NCBI GenBank assembly: GCA_035531715.1
Contig: DATKSI010000010.1
Span: forward strand, 73,615-137,614
Direction of reading: 5' to 3'
Length of the DNA: 64,000 bases
Source of the DNA: Candidatus Micrarchaeaceae archaeon
GTDB lineage: Bacteria; Chloroflexota; Dormibacteria; Aeolococcales; Bog-877
In this document: in pieces, positions 46,824 through 56,075 of the stretch
How positions within the stretch are numbered: position 1 is the first letter of the stretch
Layout of the letters: each line of letters starts with the position of its first letter
The notes under the pieces: generated by a model
The model's input: the letters and a program-made list of their open reading frames with translations, nothing else
Told to the model about the DNA's origin: nothing
Databases searched by the model: none
Program-made: the position numbers and the translations under genes

Positions 46824-48182
46824 TCATACCAAGCAGGCCGTGGGGTGCTCGAGTAACCAGCGCAGGTAGCGCAGGGCCTCGGCTCCCTGGGCGCCGTCGG
46901 TTACCCGATGGTCGATCGCCAAGGTCAGTGCCAGCAGGTGGCCCGGTGCCAACTGCCCGTCGAGCACCACCGGGACCTCCCGTACCTCCCCCACCGCCAG
47001 GACGCTGCCCTGACCTGGGGTGATGATGGCTGAGAACTGGCTGACCCCGAACATGCCCAGATTGCTGATCGCGGTGTGTCCGCCGGATAGTTCCTCCGGC
47101 CGCAGGCGACCAGTCTTGGCTCGGGCCGCCACATCGTGGGCCTGGCGCGACAGGGCGGCGAAGGTCAACGACTCGCAGCCGCGGAGCACCGGGGCCACCA
47201 GGCCGTCGGGGAGGGCCACCGCCAGGGCGATATTGCTCTGGGAGAAGCGGCGCACCCCATGACCGATCCAGGCGGCGTTCAGGCTCGGGTGACGTTGCAG
47301 GGTAAGGGCCATGGCCCGGACGATGAAATCGGTCACGGAGAACTTCGGCAGCTCCGCGTCGCCCAGCTGGTTCATCTCGTGGCGCAGCCGCAAAAGCGCC
47401 TCCATGCGCGCCTCGGTGGTGAGGTGGAAGTGGGGAATCGTGCTGTTGGACTCGGCCATCCGCCGGGCGATCGCCTCGCGCATCGGGGACAGCTCGAGCG
47501 CCTCGGAGGGATCGCCCGGGTCGAACTGCGGAGCCACTCCCAACGATCGGCGGAGGGGCGCGGCAGCTTCACCTCTCGAGGCGGCCTCCACATCCTCCGC
47601 CTTGATCCGGCCGTCCGGACCGGTGGGTTGGACTCCCTCCAGCGCTATTCCCAACTCCCGAGCTCGCCGCCGGGCTAACGGACTGGCCTTGATTCGCCCC
47701 CCGGCGGAGTGCGAGCGGCCGGCGGGCGCCGGCTCCAGGGCATGGCCGGCAAGCTGCTGGGCCCAATCCGGCACCGGAGTAGACCCTGGGGTCGAGTCGG
47801 GTTGCTCGCCGACCGGCTTGGTCCTGGTGGGTTTGCCCGACTTGGTTGAACTGACCGGGTCCTTGGAGGGCGGCTCAGCCGAGGCAGCGGAACCTTCCGC
47901 TGCGGGGTCTTCGCCTCCGGCCGGCGGCTCGGAGAGCTCCTCGGCCGGATCGGCGATGATCGCGATCGTCTGACCCACCGGCACCTTCGATCCCGGCTGG
48001 ACCAGGATCTTGCGCAGGACCCCGCTGGCATAGGCCTCGATATCTATGTCGGCCTTCTCGGTGGCGATGCTGGCGATCACGTCGCCCCGGGCCACCGCCG
48101 CCCCTTCCTCGACCATCCAGCGGTTGATGGTGCCCTCAGTCATGTCGTACCCCATCTGAGGCATGGTCACCTGGTAGGCCAT
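46824..48182 (-). CDS. Dihydrolipoamide acyltransferase (E2) of a 2-oxoacid dehydrogenase complex
   Basis: N-terminal lipoyl domain (IATEKADIDIEA), Ala/Pro linker, subunit-binding domain (ASPLARRRARELGI), and catalytic DHRVTDG. Confidence 0.94.
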   Translation of the reverse strand: MAYQVTMPQMGYDMTEGTINRWMVEEGAAVARGDVIASIATEKADIDIEAYASGVLRKILVQPGSKVPVGQTIAIIADPAEELSEPPAGGEDPAAEGSAASAEPPSKDPVSSTKSGKPTRTKPVGEQPDSTPGSTPVPDWAQQLAGHALEPAPAGRSHSAGGRIKASPLARRRARELGIALEGVQPTGPDGRIKAEDVEAASRGEAAAPLRRSLGVAPQFDPGDPSEALELSPMREAIARRMAESNSTIPHFHLTTEARMEALLRLRHEMNQLGDAELPKFSVTDFIVRAMALTLQRHPSLNAAWIGHGVRRFSQSNIALAVALPDGLVAPVLRGCESLTFAALSRQAHDVAARAKTGRLRPEELSGGHTAISNLGMFGVSQFSAIITPGQGSVLAVGEVREVPVVLDGQLAPGHLLALTLAIDHRVTDGAQGAEALRYLRWLLEHPTACLV

Positions 48183-49165
48183 CAGTTGAGCCGCCGGACC
48201 GCTTCCACCACCTGATCGCTGGTGGGTACCAGCGCCCTTTCCAACTGCCTCGAGTAGGCCATCGGGATGTCCCGCATCGCCACCCGCTGGATGGGACCGT
48301 CGAGGTCGTCGAAGCAGCGGTCTTGAGTCTCACTGAGCAGGTCGGCTCCGAATCCACCGGTGCGCCAGTCCTCGCCGCAGAGCACCAATTGGTGGGTGCG
48401 GCGGACCGACTCCACCACGGTCGGGTAGTCGACCGGGCGCAGGGTGCGCAGGTCGATCACCTCGGCGGAGATTCCGTCATCGCGCTCGAGCACCTCGGCC
48501 GCCTGGAGCGCTTGCAGCAGCATCCGGGAGTAGCCGACCAGGGTGACGTCGTCGCCCTGGCGAACCACCTTGGCGCTGCCGATCGGGATCTCGTCCGCCT
48601 CGCCGGGAGTCGGCTCGGGCACCTCCCCCCTGGTGCTGTAGAGCAGGCTGTGCTCGATGAAGATCACCGGGTCTGGATCCCGGATCGAGGCCAGCAGCAG
48701 CCCTCGGGCGTCGGCTGGAGTCGCGGGCATCACCACCTTGAGTCCAGGCACCGAGGCGAACCAGCCCTCAAAGGTTTGGGAATGGGTGGGGCCGAGCTGA
48801 CCGAATCCGGATACCGTCCTGACCACCAGCGGCACTGACCACTGGCCCCCGAACATGTAGTGGAACTTAGCGGCGCTGTTGACGATCTGGTCGAGCGCCA
48901 AAAGGGCGAAGTTGACGGTCATCAGCTCGGCCACGGGCAAAAGGCCGCCCATCGCGGCCCCCACCGCGAATCCGACGATCCCAGCCTCGGCGATCGGAGT
49001 CTCCATGACCCGCTTGGACCCGAATTCCTCGACCAGCCCCTTGGTCACGGCGTAGGAGCCGCCGTAGCCGGTGATGCTCTCCCCCAGCAGGATTACCCGT
49101 TCGTCGCGGAGCATCTCGTCGCGGAGCGCCCCCCGCACCGCCTCTCGGTAGCTGACCAGGGCCAT
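48182..49165 (-). CDS. 2-oxoacid dehydrogenase E1 component beta subunit
   Basis: 327 aa. Transketolase-like pyrimidine-binding and C-terminal domains (ETPIAEAGIVGFAVGAAMGG). Confidence 0.94.
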   Translation of the reverse strand: MALVSYREAVRGALRDEMLRDERVILLGESITGYGGSYAVTKGLVEEFGSKRVMETPIAEAGIVGFAVGAAMGGLLPVAELMTVNFALLALDQIVNSAAKFHYMFGGQWSVPLVVRTVSGFGQLGPTHSQTFEGWFASVPGLKVVMPATPADARGLLLASIRDPDPVIFIEHSLLYSTRGEVPEPTPGEADEIPIGSAKVVRQGDDVTLVGYSRMLLQALQAAEVLERDDGISAEVIDLRTLRPVDYPTVVESVRRTHQLVLCGEDWRTGGFGADLLSETQDRCFDDLDGPIQRVAMRDIPMAYSRQLERALVPTSDQVVEAVRRLN

Positions 49166-49166
49166 C

Positions 49167-50297
49167 TCAGATCCCAGCCTGTTTGGCTTCCGGCTCGGCC
49201 TCGATTCGAGCCAACTCGACCGCCGAGACCGAGGGGGCGACCCCCGCCTCGGGATCGATGGGCTTGGCGTAGATCCCCCGACCCACCTCGGCCGGGTCGG
49301 GCCAGGGTGATTGGTCGGCGAAGGCGACCGCGTCCAGCATCAGCTGCTCCACCTCCTCGTTGATCTGGGCCAGCTCCTTCTGGCTGCAGACCCGGTGCTC
49401 CACGCAGAACTCCCCGAAACGGGGAATGGGGTCCTGGGAGCGCCAGCGCTGCACTTCGGACTTGTCCCGGTAGAGCTCGGGGTCAGCCATCGAGTGGCCA
49501 CGAAAGCGGTAGGTGAGAGCCTCGACAAAAACCGGGCCCTGGCCACTGCGACAGTGTTCAGCCGCCTCCCGGACCGCCGCGTAGACCGCCAGCACATCCA
49601 TGCCATCGCATTGCACCGAGGGCATGGTGTAGCCCTCGGCCTTGATCTTCATCTCGCTGACGGGAGACTCCTCGGCCAGGGTCGCGCCCATCCCGTAGAG
49701 ATTGTTCTCGCAGATAAATATGATCGGCAAATTCCAGAGGGCAGCCATGTTGAGCCCCTCGTGGAAGATTCCATTGCCGGTGGCGCCGTCACCGAAGAAA
49801 TCCAGCACGACCTGGTCGCGATGCTGGTATTGCATGGCGTAGGCCATCCCCGCCCCGATCGGAATGTGCGATCCCACGATGGCGTAGCCGCCCCAGAAGT
49901 TACGCGAGGCGTCGGCCAGGTGCATCGAACCCCCGCGGCCGTGGCAGAGGCCGTCCTCCCGGCCGAAAAGCTCCGCCATGCAGCGCTTGGGATCGCAGCC
50001 GCGGGCCAGCGCGTAGCCGTGGTCGCGGTAGTGACCGAGCAGGTGGTCATCGTCGCGACAGGCGTTGAGAGCGCCCACCGCCACCGCCTCTTCTCCGATA
50101 TACAGATGCAGGAAACCGCCGATCTTGGCCTGGGCATAGGCCTCGGCGGCATGGTCTTCGAACCGTCGGATCAGCACCATCTGGCGATACATGTGCCGAC
50201 ACTGGGCCGGGGTCAATCCCAGGGGCAGCTCGGGGTCCACGGATCGGCTGACGGTTCGCTTCGGGCGAACGCGCCGCGGACCCGGGCTAGCTGCCAT
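49167..50297 (-). CDS. 2-oxoacid dehydrogenase E1 component alpha subunit (TPP-dependent)
   Basis: 376 aa. RRFEDHAAEAY and the TPP-binding GDGATGNG...NN motif. Substrate (pyruvate, branched-chain or acetoin) cannot be assigned from sequence alone. Confidence 0.93.
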   Translation of the reverse strand: MAASPGPRRVRPKRTVSRSVDPELPLGLTPAQCRHMYRQMVLIRRFEDHAAEAYAQAKIGGFLHLYIGEEAVAVGALNACRDDDHLLGHYRDHGYALARGCDPKRCMAELFGREDGLCHGRGGSMHLADASRNFWGGYAIVGSHIPIGAGMAYAMQYQHRDQVVLDFFGDGATGNGIFHEGLNMAALWNLPIIFICENNLYGMGATLAEESPVSEMKIKAEGYTMPSVQCDGMDVLAVYAAVREAAEHCRSGQGPVFVEALTYRFRGHSMADPELYRDKSEVQRWRSQDPIPRFGEFCVEHRVCSQKELAQINEEVEQLMLDAVAFADQSPWPDPAEVGRGIYAKPIDPEAGVAPSVSAVELARIEAEPEAKQAGI

Positions 50298-50420
50298 GAG
50301 CCAAGTTTAGTGAGAAGCGCTCAGTTGGCGCCCCGGGACCCGAGCGGCGGTCGCCCGAGCCGACGTTTTAGGCGCCGCAATTATCTCCCGCGTCGCCCGA
50401 AACTCCGGGCAAATTCTCAG

Positions 50421-50448
50421 TTAAAATTCCCCGATTCTCGGGTATACT
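50421..50448 (+). promoter_or_regulatory. Putative sigma-70-type promoter (TTAAAA, 16-nt spacer, TATACT)
   Basis: The only AT-rich patch in the 310-nt gap between the E1-alpha gene and the 50608 gene. Motif match only. Confidence 0.35.
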
Positions 50449-50607
50449 TTGGTCAGCGCAGCTGGTGATTGCCGCGCTGCCAGGTGGCGGGGAGCACCGG
50501 GTAACCAGGTTGCGTCCGTCGCCGTTGGAACGATCGAAGGTTTCAAGCGCAGGGACCCTTCGACGCCGACCAGCATCGATTCGTGCACTCCGAGGAAATA
50601 ACCCCAA

Positions 50608-51015
50608 ATGATGACCCCAGACCGAGACAGCCGCTTCCGCACCACCCGCCGCGAAATCCTTCGTCGACAGCACGATGGGTTCTCGCGGACCCGCATCTTG
50701 CGGCGGTACCGCTCCCACTTGGAACATCTCGACCGAGTGCTCGCCGATCTGGAGGACGCCCGGATCCGCGAGCGTCGGGTCGTGCCCCCGCAGATCACCG
50801 AGCGCCTGCGCCAAACCGAGGTCGCTCAGGAGGATCCGGATCTGGCCCAGGTGGTCTCAACCAGCCGCCCCAGCATCGATCGCGTGCAAGACGCGGTCTT
50901 TGACGCCCAGGGCCGGATCATGGTCGAGGTCAGCCGCCTACTGGGTCAGCCGGACTGGGTAAGCATCGAGGCCGAGGAAGGCGAAGCGCTGGAGCTAGAG
51001 ACCGCCCGTCACTGA
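50608..51015 (+). CDS. Hypothetical Arg/Glu-rich helical protein
   Basis: 135-aa ORF with an ATG start. Codon third positions are mostly G/C in my hand translation. No family recognised. Confidence 0.6.
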   Translation: MMTPDRDSRFRTTRREILRRQHDGFSRTRILRRYRSHLEHLDRVLADLEDARIRERRVVPPQITERLRQTEVAQEDPDLAQVVSTSRPSIDRVQDAVFDAQGRIMVEVSRLLGQPDWVSIEAEEGEALELETARH

Positions 51016-51752
51016 TCGGCCTCCTCGGGGTTGACCTCCGAAGCTGGCTCGAGGTCGGTCAGGCTGAACGCCCGGGCCTGCTGCACCACCTTCGCCTGAT
51101 CGCGCAATGCCTTGCGGCTGCGGGCGGTCTCCTGCTGGCGGGGACGGACCGCGAGGTGGGCCCGGTCGGCCAAGCGGTCTGCCTCCCTTGACTGCCGCAC
51201 CTGGCTCAGCCTCTCCCATTCGGCGATTGCCGCCTCCACGACGGCCACCTGGTCGCCCCCTTCCCCCTCCGCCATCTCGGCAAGCCGCTGCTGGAGGCGA
51301 GCCATCCGGGCCGCCGGCAGCCGCGACTTGGCGTTGAGCAAGGTCGCCGCTAGCCGCGCCTCGCCCTGCCATCGGTCGCGCTGGGAGCCCTCACTCTGAA
51401 CTTCGGCAGTGCGCGCCTCGCGCAGGGCAAGCTGGGCCTGAGCCAGCAGCCGCCGATATCCCTCCGCCAGGTCCGCGAGCCCGTCGGTGGGGGCGGCCTC
51501 CGCGAGCACGGCGGCGGCTGCCACCAACTCCTCGACCGTCGCACTCGCGCCGAGCTGCCTCAGCTGAGGAAAGATGAACACCCCGCACTTTCGGTCCACT
51601 TCCACAAAGGCCGCGAGGGCCTCCGCCGGCAGCTCCGGCTGTTGGGGGGTGGCCAGAACGGTCCCGGCCGGCGGCGCCGGGGAAGGTTCGGAATCGCTCA
51701 AGCCGAGGAACTCCGAAGAGGCCGACCACGGCCGATCAGGTCGAGCAGGCAC
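51009..51752 (-). CDS. Hypothetical Ala/Arg/Gln/Glu-rich (coiled-coil-like) protein, last gene of the pentose-phosphate operon
   Basis: 247-aa ORF. The start may instead be the TTG at 51701, which forms a TTGA overlap with the rpe stop. No family recognised. Confidence 0.55.
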   Translation of the reverse strand: MPARPDRPWSASSEFLGLSDSEPSPAPPAGTVLATPQQPELPAEALAAFVEVDRKCGVFIFPQLRQLGASATVEELVAAAAVLAEAAPTDGLADLAEGYRRLLAQAQLALREARTAEVQSEGSQRDRWQGEARLAATLLNAKSRLPAARMARLQQRLAEMAEGEGGDQVAVVEAAIAEWERLSQVRQSREADRLADRAHLAVRPRQQETARSRKALRDQAKVVQQARAFSLTDLEPASEVNPEEADQ

Positions 51753-52384
51753 CCGACTCCGGCGGCGGTACCGCCGGGCGCTTTGAATACCGAGGTGCCG
51801 GCCACCAGGACGGTGGCTCCCGCCTCCACACAGGCGACGGCGTTGGCCGGGCCAACCCCCCCGTCGACCTCGATGTCACAGCTCAGCTGCCGATCCTCCA
51901 CAAGCCGCTTTAGCGCCCGAACCTTGGCCAGTGTCGGGGTCAAGAAGGGCTGACCCCCGAATCCGGGCTCGACGGTCATGACCAGTGCCAGGCTAATCTC
52001 CGGCAGGATATCTACCAGGAAGTCGACCGGCGTTGCCGGATTGACTGCCACCCCCGGTCGGGCGCCCTGGGCGCGGATGATTTCGACGGTCCGAGACAGC
52101 TCCGGGCAGGTCTCGACATGAACCGTGATCAGGTTCGCCCCCGCCGCACCGAAGCGAGGGATGATGGGCTCCGGCCGCTCCACCATCAGGTGGGCCTCCA
52201 GGAAGAGTGAGGTGGAGCGCCGGCAGGCGGCCACCACGTCCGGCCCCATGGTCAGGTTGGGCACGAAGTGGTTATCCATGATGTCGATGTGAATCCGGTC
52301 GGCGCCGGCCTGTTCGCAGGCCGCCAGTTCCTCCGCGAGGTGGGCCATGTCCGCGGCCAGAATTGAGGGTGCGAGCAGGCTCAT
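51698..52384 (-). CDS. rpe: Ribulose-phosphate 3-epimerase
   Basis: LAPSILAADMAHL, HIDIMDNHFVPNLTMGP and MTVEPGFGGQ motifs. The ATG at 52384 forms an ATGA overlap with the pgl stop. Confidence 0.95.
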   Translation of the reverse strand: MSLLAPSILAADMAHLAEELAACEQAGADRIHIDIMDNHFVPNLTMGPDVVAACRRSTSLFLEAHLMVERPEPIIPRFGAAGANLITVHVETCPELSRTVEIIRAQGARPGVAVNPATPVDFLVDILPEISLALVMTVEPGFGGQPFLTPTLAKVRALKRLVEDRQLSCDIEVDGGVGPANAVACVEAGATVLVAGTSVFKAPGGTAAGVGCLLDLIGRGRPLRSSSA

Positions 52385-53136
52385 GGCGCCGCCTGGCTCA
52401 GCTGTGAGGCGGCGGCAGCATCGCACCAGATCTCGCAGCTGGGCGAGTTGCGGGCCACCAGCTGGGCCGGCCAGCGGACGGGGTCATAAGGCCCGCTGAC
52501 CACTTGGGCCAGGATCTCGGCCTTGGCTTGGCCGTCAACCAGAAAGTGGATGCGCCGGGCCCAACGCAGCACCAGGGGCCCCAGGCTCATTCGACGCTGC
52601 CCATCCGGATGATGGGTAGCCAGCACCAAGGCTGCCGGGGGATACGACTCGCCGGGAAACAGCGAGGCAGTGTGGCCGTCCTCCCCCAGGCCCAGCGCCA
52701 GGATGTCCAGCTGGGGGCGCCCGTCCACATAGGGGACGACCCCGATCAGCCGCGCCTCGAAGCGCTGGCTGATCGTCTCCGGGCCGAGACCCGCCTCGAT
52801 CTCCCAGCCCAGAACCATGGGCCGGTCTCCTTGGATCCGGTCGACCAGGGCCCTCCGCAGCATCCCCTCGTTGGACTGGGGATCGGTGACCGGCACCAGC
52901 CGCTCGTCACCGGGCAGCAAGACCGTCCGCCCCCACTCCACCTCTGGTTCGTCGGCCAGCAGTTCCAAGGACTCCTTGGGAGTCGACCCCCCGGGCAAGG
53001 CTGCCACACATTCGCCCCGGGCAGAGATGGCGGCTCGGATCTCCTGGGCCAGACTCCGAGCGGCGTGGCGGGCCAGGGATTCGGGGTCCGGGAGCACCAG
53101 AACGCGGGGCGCCGACGACCCCTCGATCGCGTTCAT
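52381..53136 (-). CDS. pgl: 6-phosphogluconolactonase
   Basis: ALPGGSTP and LGLGEDGHTASLFPG motifs. ATG at 53136 (MNAIEG); the track ORF N-terminus to 53442 overlaps the upstream gene. Confidence 0.9.
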   Translation of the reverse strand: MNAIEGSSAPRVLVLPDPESLARHAARSLAQEIRAAISARGECVAALPGGSTPKESLELLADEPEVEWGRTVLLPGDERLVPVTDPQSNEGMLRRALVDRIQGDRPMVLGWEIEAGLGPETISQRFEARLIGVVPYVDGRPQLDILALGLGEDGHTASLFPGESYPPAALVLATHHPDGQRRMSLGPLVLRWARRIHFLVDGQAKAEILAQVVSGPYDPVRWPAQLVARNSPSCEIWCDAAAASQLSQAAP

Positions 53137-53144
53137 TCCCAGGG

Positions 53145-56075
53145 TCAGGTGGCGACAGGCGCGAGCAGCCGCTCCACCACCTGAGTGAGCTGCTCCAGGC
53201 CGCGGCCGACATCTTCGCAACGCACCCGCAGGACCCGGCGGCCTCGTTCGCGCAGGGCCTGGTAGTCGCCCAGCGCTTGGGCCTGCTGGAGGACCCCGAA
53301 CGAGTACGGACGACCGGGAATTGCCAGGTCGGTCTGGTGGATTCCGGTGATTTGCAAAAAGGCCGCAGTCTCCGGTCCACCCTTGTGCAGTTGGCCGGTG
53401 GAGTGCAGGAAGCGGGGCCCGAAGCCAAAGGTCGTGGCGCACCCGGTCGCCCGCAAGAGTCCCGCCCGAAGCCGGGAGATCAGTGCGGCGTCCGTCGGCC
53501 GGTCTGGTCGCATCGGCAGGTAGGCCATGATGCCCAGGTACCAGGGCGGCCCCAGCCCCTCCAGCCAGCCAACCACCGCCTGCTCCAGGCTGGCCGCTCC
53601 GGGAGCTCCCGCCACTCTGACTGCGCCATCGATCAGGTCGATCGCTGGCTCCGGCAGTCTTCCGTCCTTCTCCCAGGTCTGGAGTAGGCGAGCGGTGTTG
53701 TCCTTGCTCTCCTGCACATTGGGCTGATCGAAGGGGTTGATGCCGATCAGGGAGCCGGCCAGCGCGGTCGCGAACTCCCAGCGGTAGAACTCGGCGCCCA
53801 GGTCGAGCAGATGAGCCGTCGGGACCCTGACTACGGGATGTCCGGCCCGGCCGACCTCGGTCAGCCAGCTCTCGGTAGCTGGGTCGGCGCCATCGCCCTC
53901 GAGCTCGAGATAGACGAAGAGCCGGTCGCCTCCATATTCGCGCGGCTCGATCAGGGGCTCACCGACGACTGGAACCAATCCTTTGCCCAGCTTTCCGGTG
54001 GACTCCGCTAGCAGCTGCTCGATCCAGGTGGGAAGTTCACCCAGGGCTCGGTGGGCCACGATGGTCACCTTGTCGCGCCCCATCGCCGCACAGCCAGCCA
54101 GCACCGACCCCAGCTGAACGCCGGGATTGCGCTCCGGGCCCGCCGGGCCCACCGGAATGCAGGCGTCGGCCATGGAGACTGCCCCGGCCAGGAGCTGATC
54201 TACGTCCACCCCCATGGTCGCTGCCGGAACCATGCCGAAGTCGGAAAGGGCGCTGTACCTGCCCCCAATCGCTGGGTTGGCCGACCACACCTGGTGGAAA
54301 TTGAGATCGTGGGCAAGCTTTTCAAGTTGGGTCCCAGGGTCAGTGATGGCAACGCAATGCTCACCGGAAGAGTCTCCAAGAGCCGCCTGCAAGCGGTCGT
54401 AGAAGAAACTGCAGTGGCACAGGGTCTCGGTGGTGCCACCGCTCTTGGACGCCACCAAGAGCAGGGTGCGAGCGGGATCGATCCGGTCCACCACCGATTG
54501 GATCTGGTCGGGATCGGTGGAGTCGAGCACGATCAGGTCCGGGTATCCCGGCCGGACCCCGAACGTCTGACGCAGGACCTCTGGGCAAAGACTGCTGCCG
54601 CCCATCCCGACCAAGACCGCGTGGGAAAAGCCGAGGTCCCGCACCCAACTGGAGTACCGACGGAGCTCAGCTACGGCGGTCCGCTGTCGCTGGGGCTCGT
54701 CCAGCCACCCCATTCGGTCCGCCATCGCCGCGCGGCTCTCGTCGTCGCCGGACCACAAGGAGGTGTCGTGGTCAGCTAACCGGGCTGCCGCCGCGGAACT
54801 TTCCAACTGTCCACCCGCCTCGGCCACCGCGTGACCGGCGGTTCCCGCCTCGACCTGGGCCAGCATCACCGTGGAGCTGACTTGGGTTCGAGGTGAGGCG
54901 ACCACGCCCTGCCCGGCAAATTGGGCTCGCTTGACGCCGACCTCCGCCAGCAGCATGTCCATTGATGAGGCGAAGCTTTCGACTCCCTTCACCTCCAGCA
55001 GGGCGGTCACCTGGTCGATGTCCACTCCCAGCTCGCGTAGACGGTCCAGTTCTTGGCCGGCGGTCGGGACATGTCCGATCAAGGTGGGACGTACCTCCCC
55101 GTGGTCCAAGAATGCCTCGATCGAGCTTGGCGGCATGGTGTTTACGGTTTCGGGAGCGATCAGCTCCTCGCAGTAGAGGACGTCGCGATAAGCTGGATTC
55201 TTGGTGCTGGTGCTCGCCCAAAGGGGTCGCTGCACCTCGGCCCCGGCGGCGGCCAATTGCTGGAAGCGCTCGCCGTGGAAGACCTCCAGAAAGGCCTGGT
55301 AGGCGACGGCGGCATTGGCGATGGCGGCCTTCCCCTTGGCGGCCTCCAGCTCAATTCGATGCTGACCCTCCGCCTGCTCGGCCAAGCTGTCGAGTTGCGA
55401 GTCTGCCTCGGTATCCACCCGGCTGACGAAGAAGCTCGCCACCGATCGGAGATGCTCGATCGGAAGACCCGCCTCCATCCGGCGTTCCAGACCCCGACAG
55501 TAGGCCTCCATCACCTGGCGATAGCGGGCGACCGCGAAGATCAAGGTCACATTCACGTTGAAGCCTTGGAAGAGCGCCTCCTCGATGGCGCTCACCCCCT
55601 CCGCGGTGGCGGGGATCTTGATCAGAAGGTTCGGACGGTCCACCAGCGTCCAGTAGCGGCCGGCGGCGGCGACGGTGTTGCGGGCGTCCCGGGCCAGGGC
55701 TGGCGAGACCTCCAAGCTCACGTAACCATCGCGGCGCTCGGTCTCCCGGTAGGTAGCCAGCAGCTCGTCACAGGCGGTTCGCACGTCGTCGGCAATCAGC
55801 TGGTCGTAGATCTCCTCGGTGGATCGCCCCCCCAGGGCAAGCGCGCGGATCTGGTCGTTGTAAGCGTCCCCTTCGGATACGGCCTTCTCGAAGATGGTCG
55901 GGTTGACGGTGACCCCGAGCACCCCGAGGGCAATCAACCGCCGCAACTCCCCTTGCCGCAGCAGGTCACGGCTGAGGTTGTCGTACCAGACGCTCTGACC
56001 CTCCTGGGCCAGCCGCTGCAGCGCGTTCTTACCCACTTTTCCCACCTCCTGAGTCGGCCAGCAGGTGCCGGACAC
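53145..56075 (-). CDS. Bifunctional transaldolase / glucose-6-phosphate isomerase fusion
   Basis: 976 aa. The N-terminal ~370 aa are transaldolase-like ([30 protein letters not shown]). The C-terminal ~580 aa are PGI-like ([23 protein letters not shown]). Confidence 0.9.
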   Translation of the reverse strand: MSGTCWPTQEVGKVGKNALQRLAQEGQSVWYDNLSRDLLRQGELRRLIALGVLGVTVNPTIFEKAVSEGDAYNDQIRALALGGRSTEEIYDQLIADDVRTACDELLATYRETERRDGYVSLEVSPALARDARNTVAAAGRYWTLVDRPNLLIKIPATAEGVSAIEEALFQGFNVNVTLIFAVARYRQVMEAYCRGLERRMEAGLPIEHLRSVASFFVSRVDTEADSQLDSLAEQAEGQHRIELEAAKGKAAIANAAVAYQAFLEVFHGERFQQLAAAGAEVQRPLWASTSTKNPAYRDVLYCEELIAPETVNTMPPSSIEAFLDHGEVRPTLIGHVPTAGQELDRLRELGVDIDQVTALLEVKGVESFASSMDMLLAEVGVKRAQFAGQGVVASPRTQVSSTVMLAQVEAGTAGHAVAEAGGQLESSAAAARLADHDTSLWSGDDESRAAMADRMGWLDEPQRQRTAVAELRRYSSWVRDLGFSHAVLVGMGGSSLCPEVLRQTFGVRPGYPDLIVLDSTDPDQIQSVVDRIDPARTLLLVASKSGGTTETLCHCSFFYDRLQAALGDSSGEHCVAITDPGTQLEKLAHDLNFHQVWSANPAIGGRYSALSDFGMVPAATMGVDVDQLLAGAVSMADACIPVGPAGPERNPGVQLGSVLAGCAAMGRDKVTIVAHRALGELPTWIEQLLAESTGKLGKGLVPVVGEPLIEPREYGGDRLFVYLELEGDGADPATESWLTEVGRAGHPVVRVPTAHLLDLGAEFYRWEFATALAGSLIGINPFDQPNVQESKDNTARLLQTWEKDGRLPEPAIDLIDGAVRVAGAPGAASLEQAVVGWLEGLGPPWYLGIMAYLPMRPDRPTDAALISRLRAGLLRATGCATTFGFGPRFLHSTGQLHKGGPETAAFLQITGIHQTDLAIPGRPYSFGVLQQAQALGDYQALRERGRRVLRVRCEDVGRGLEQLTQVVERLLAPVAT

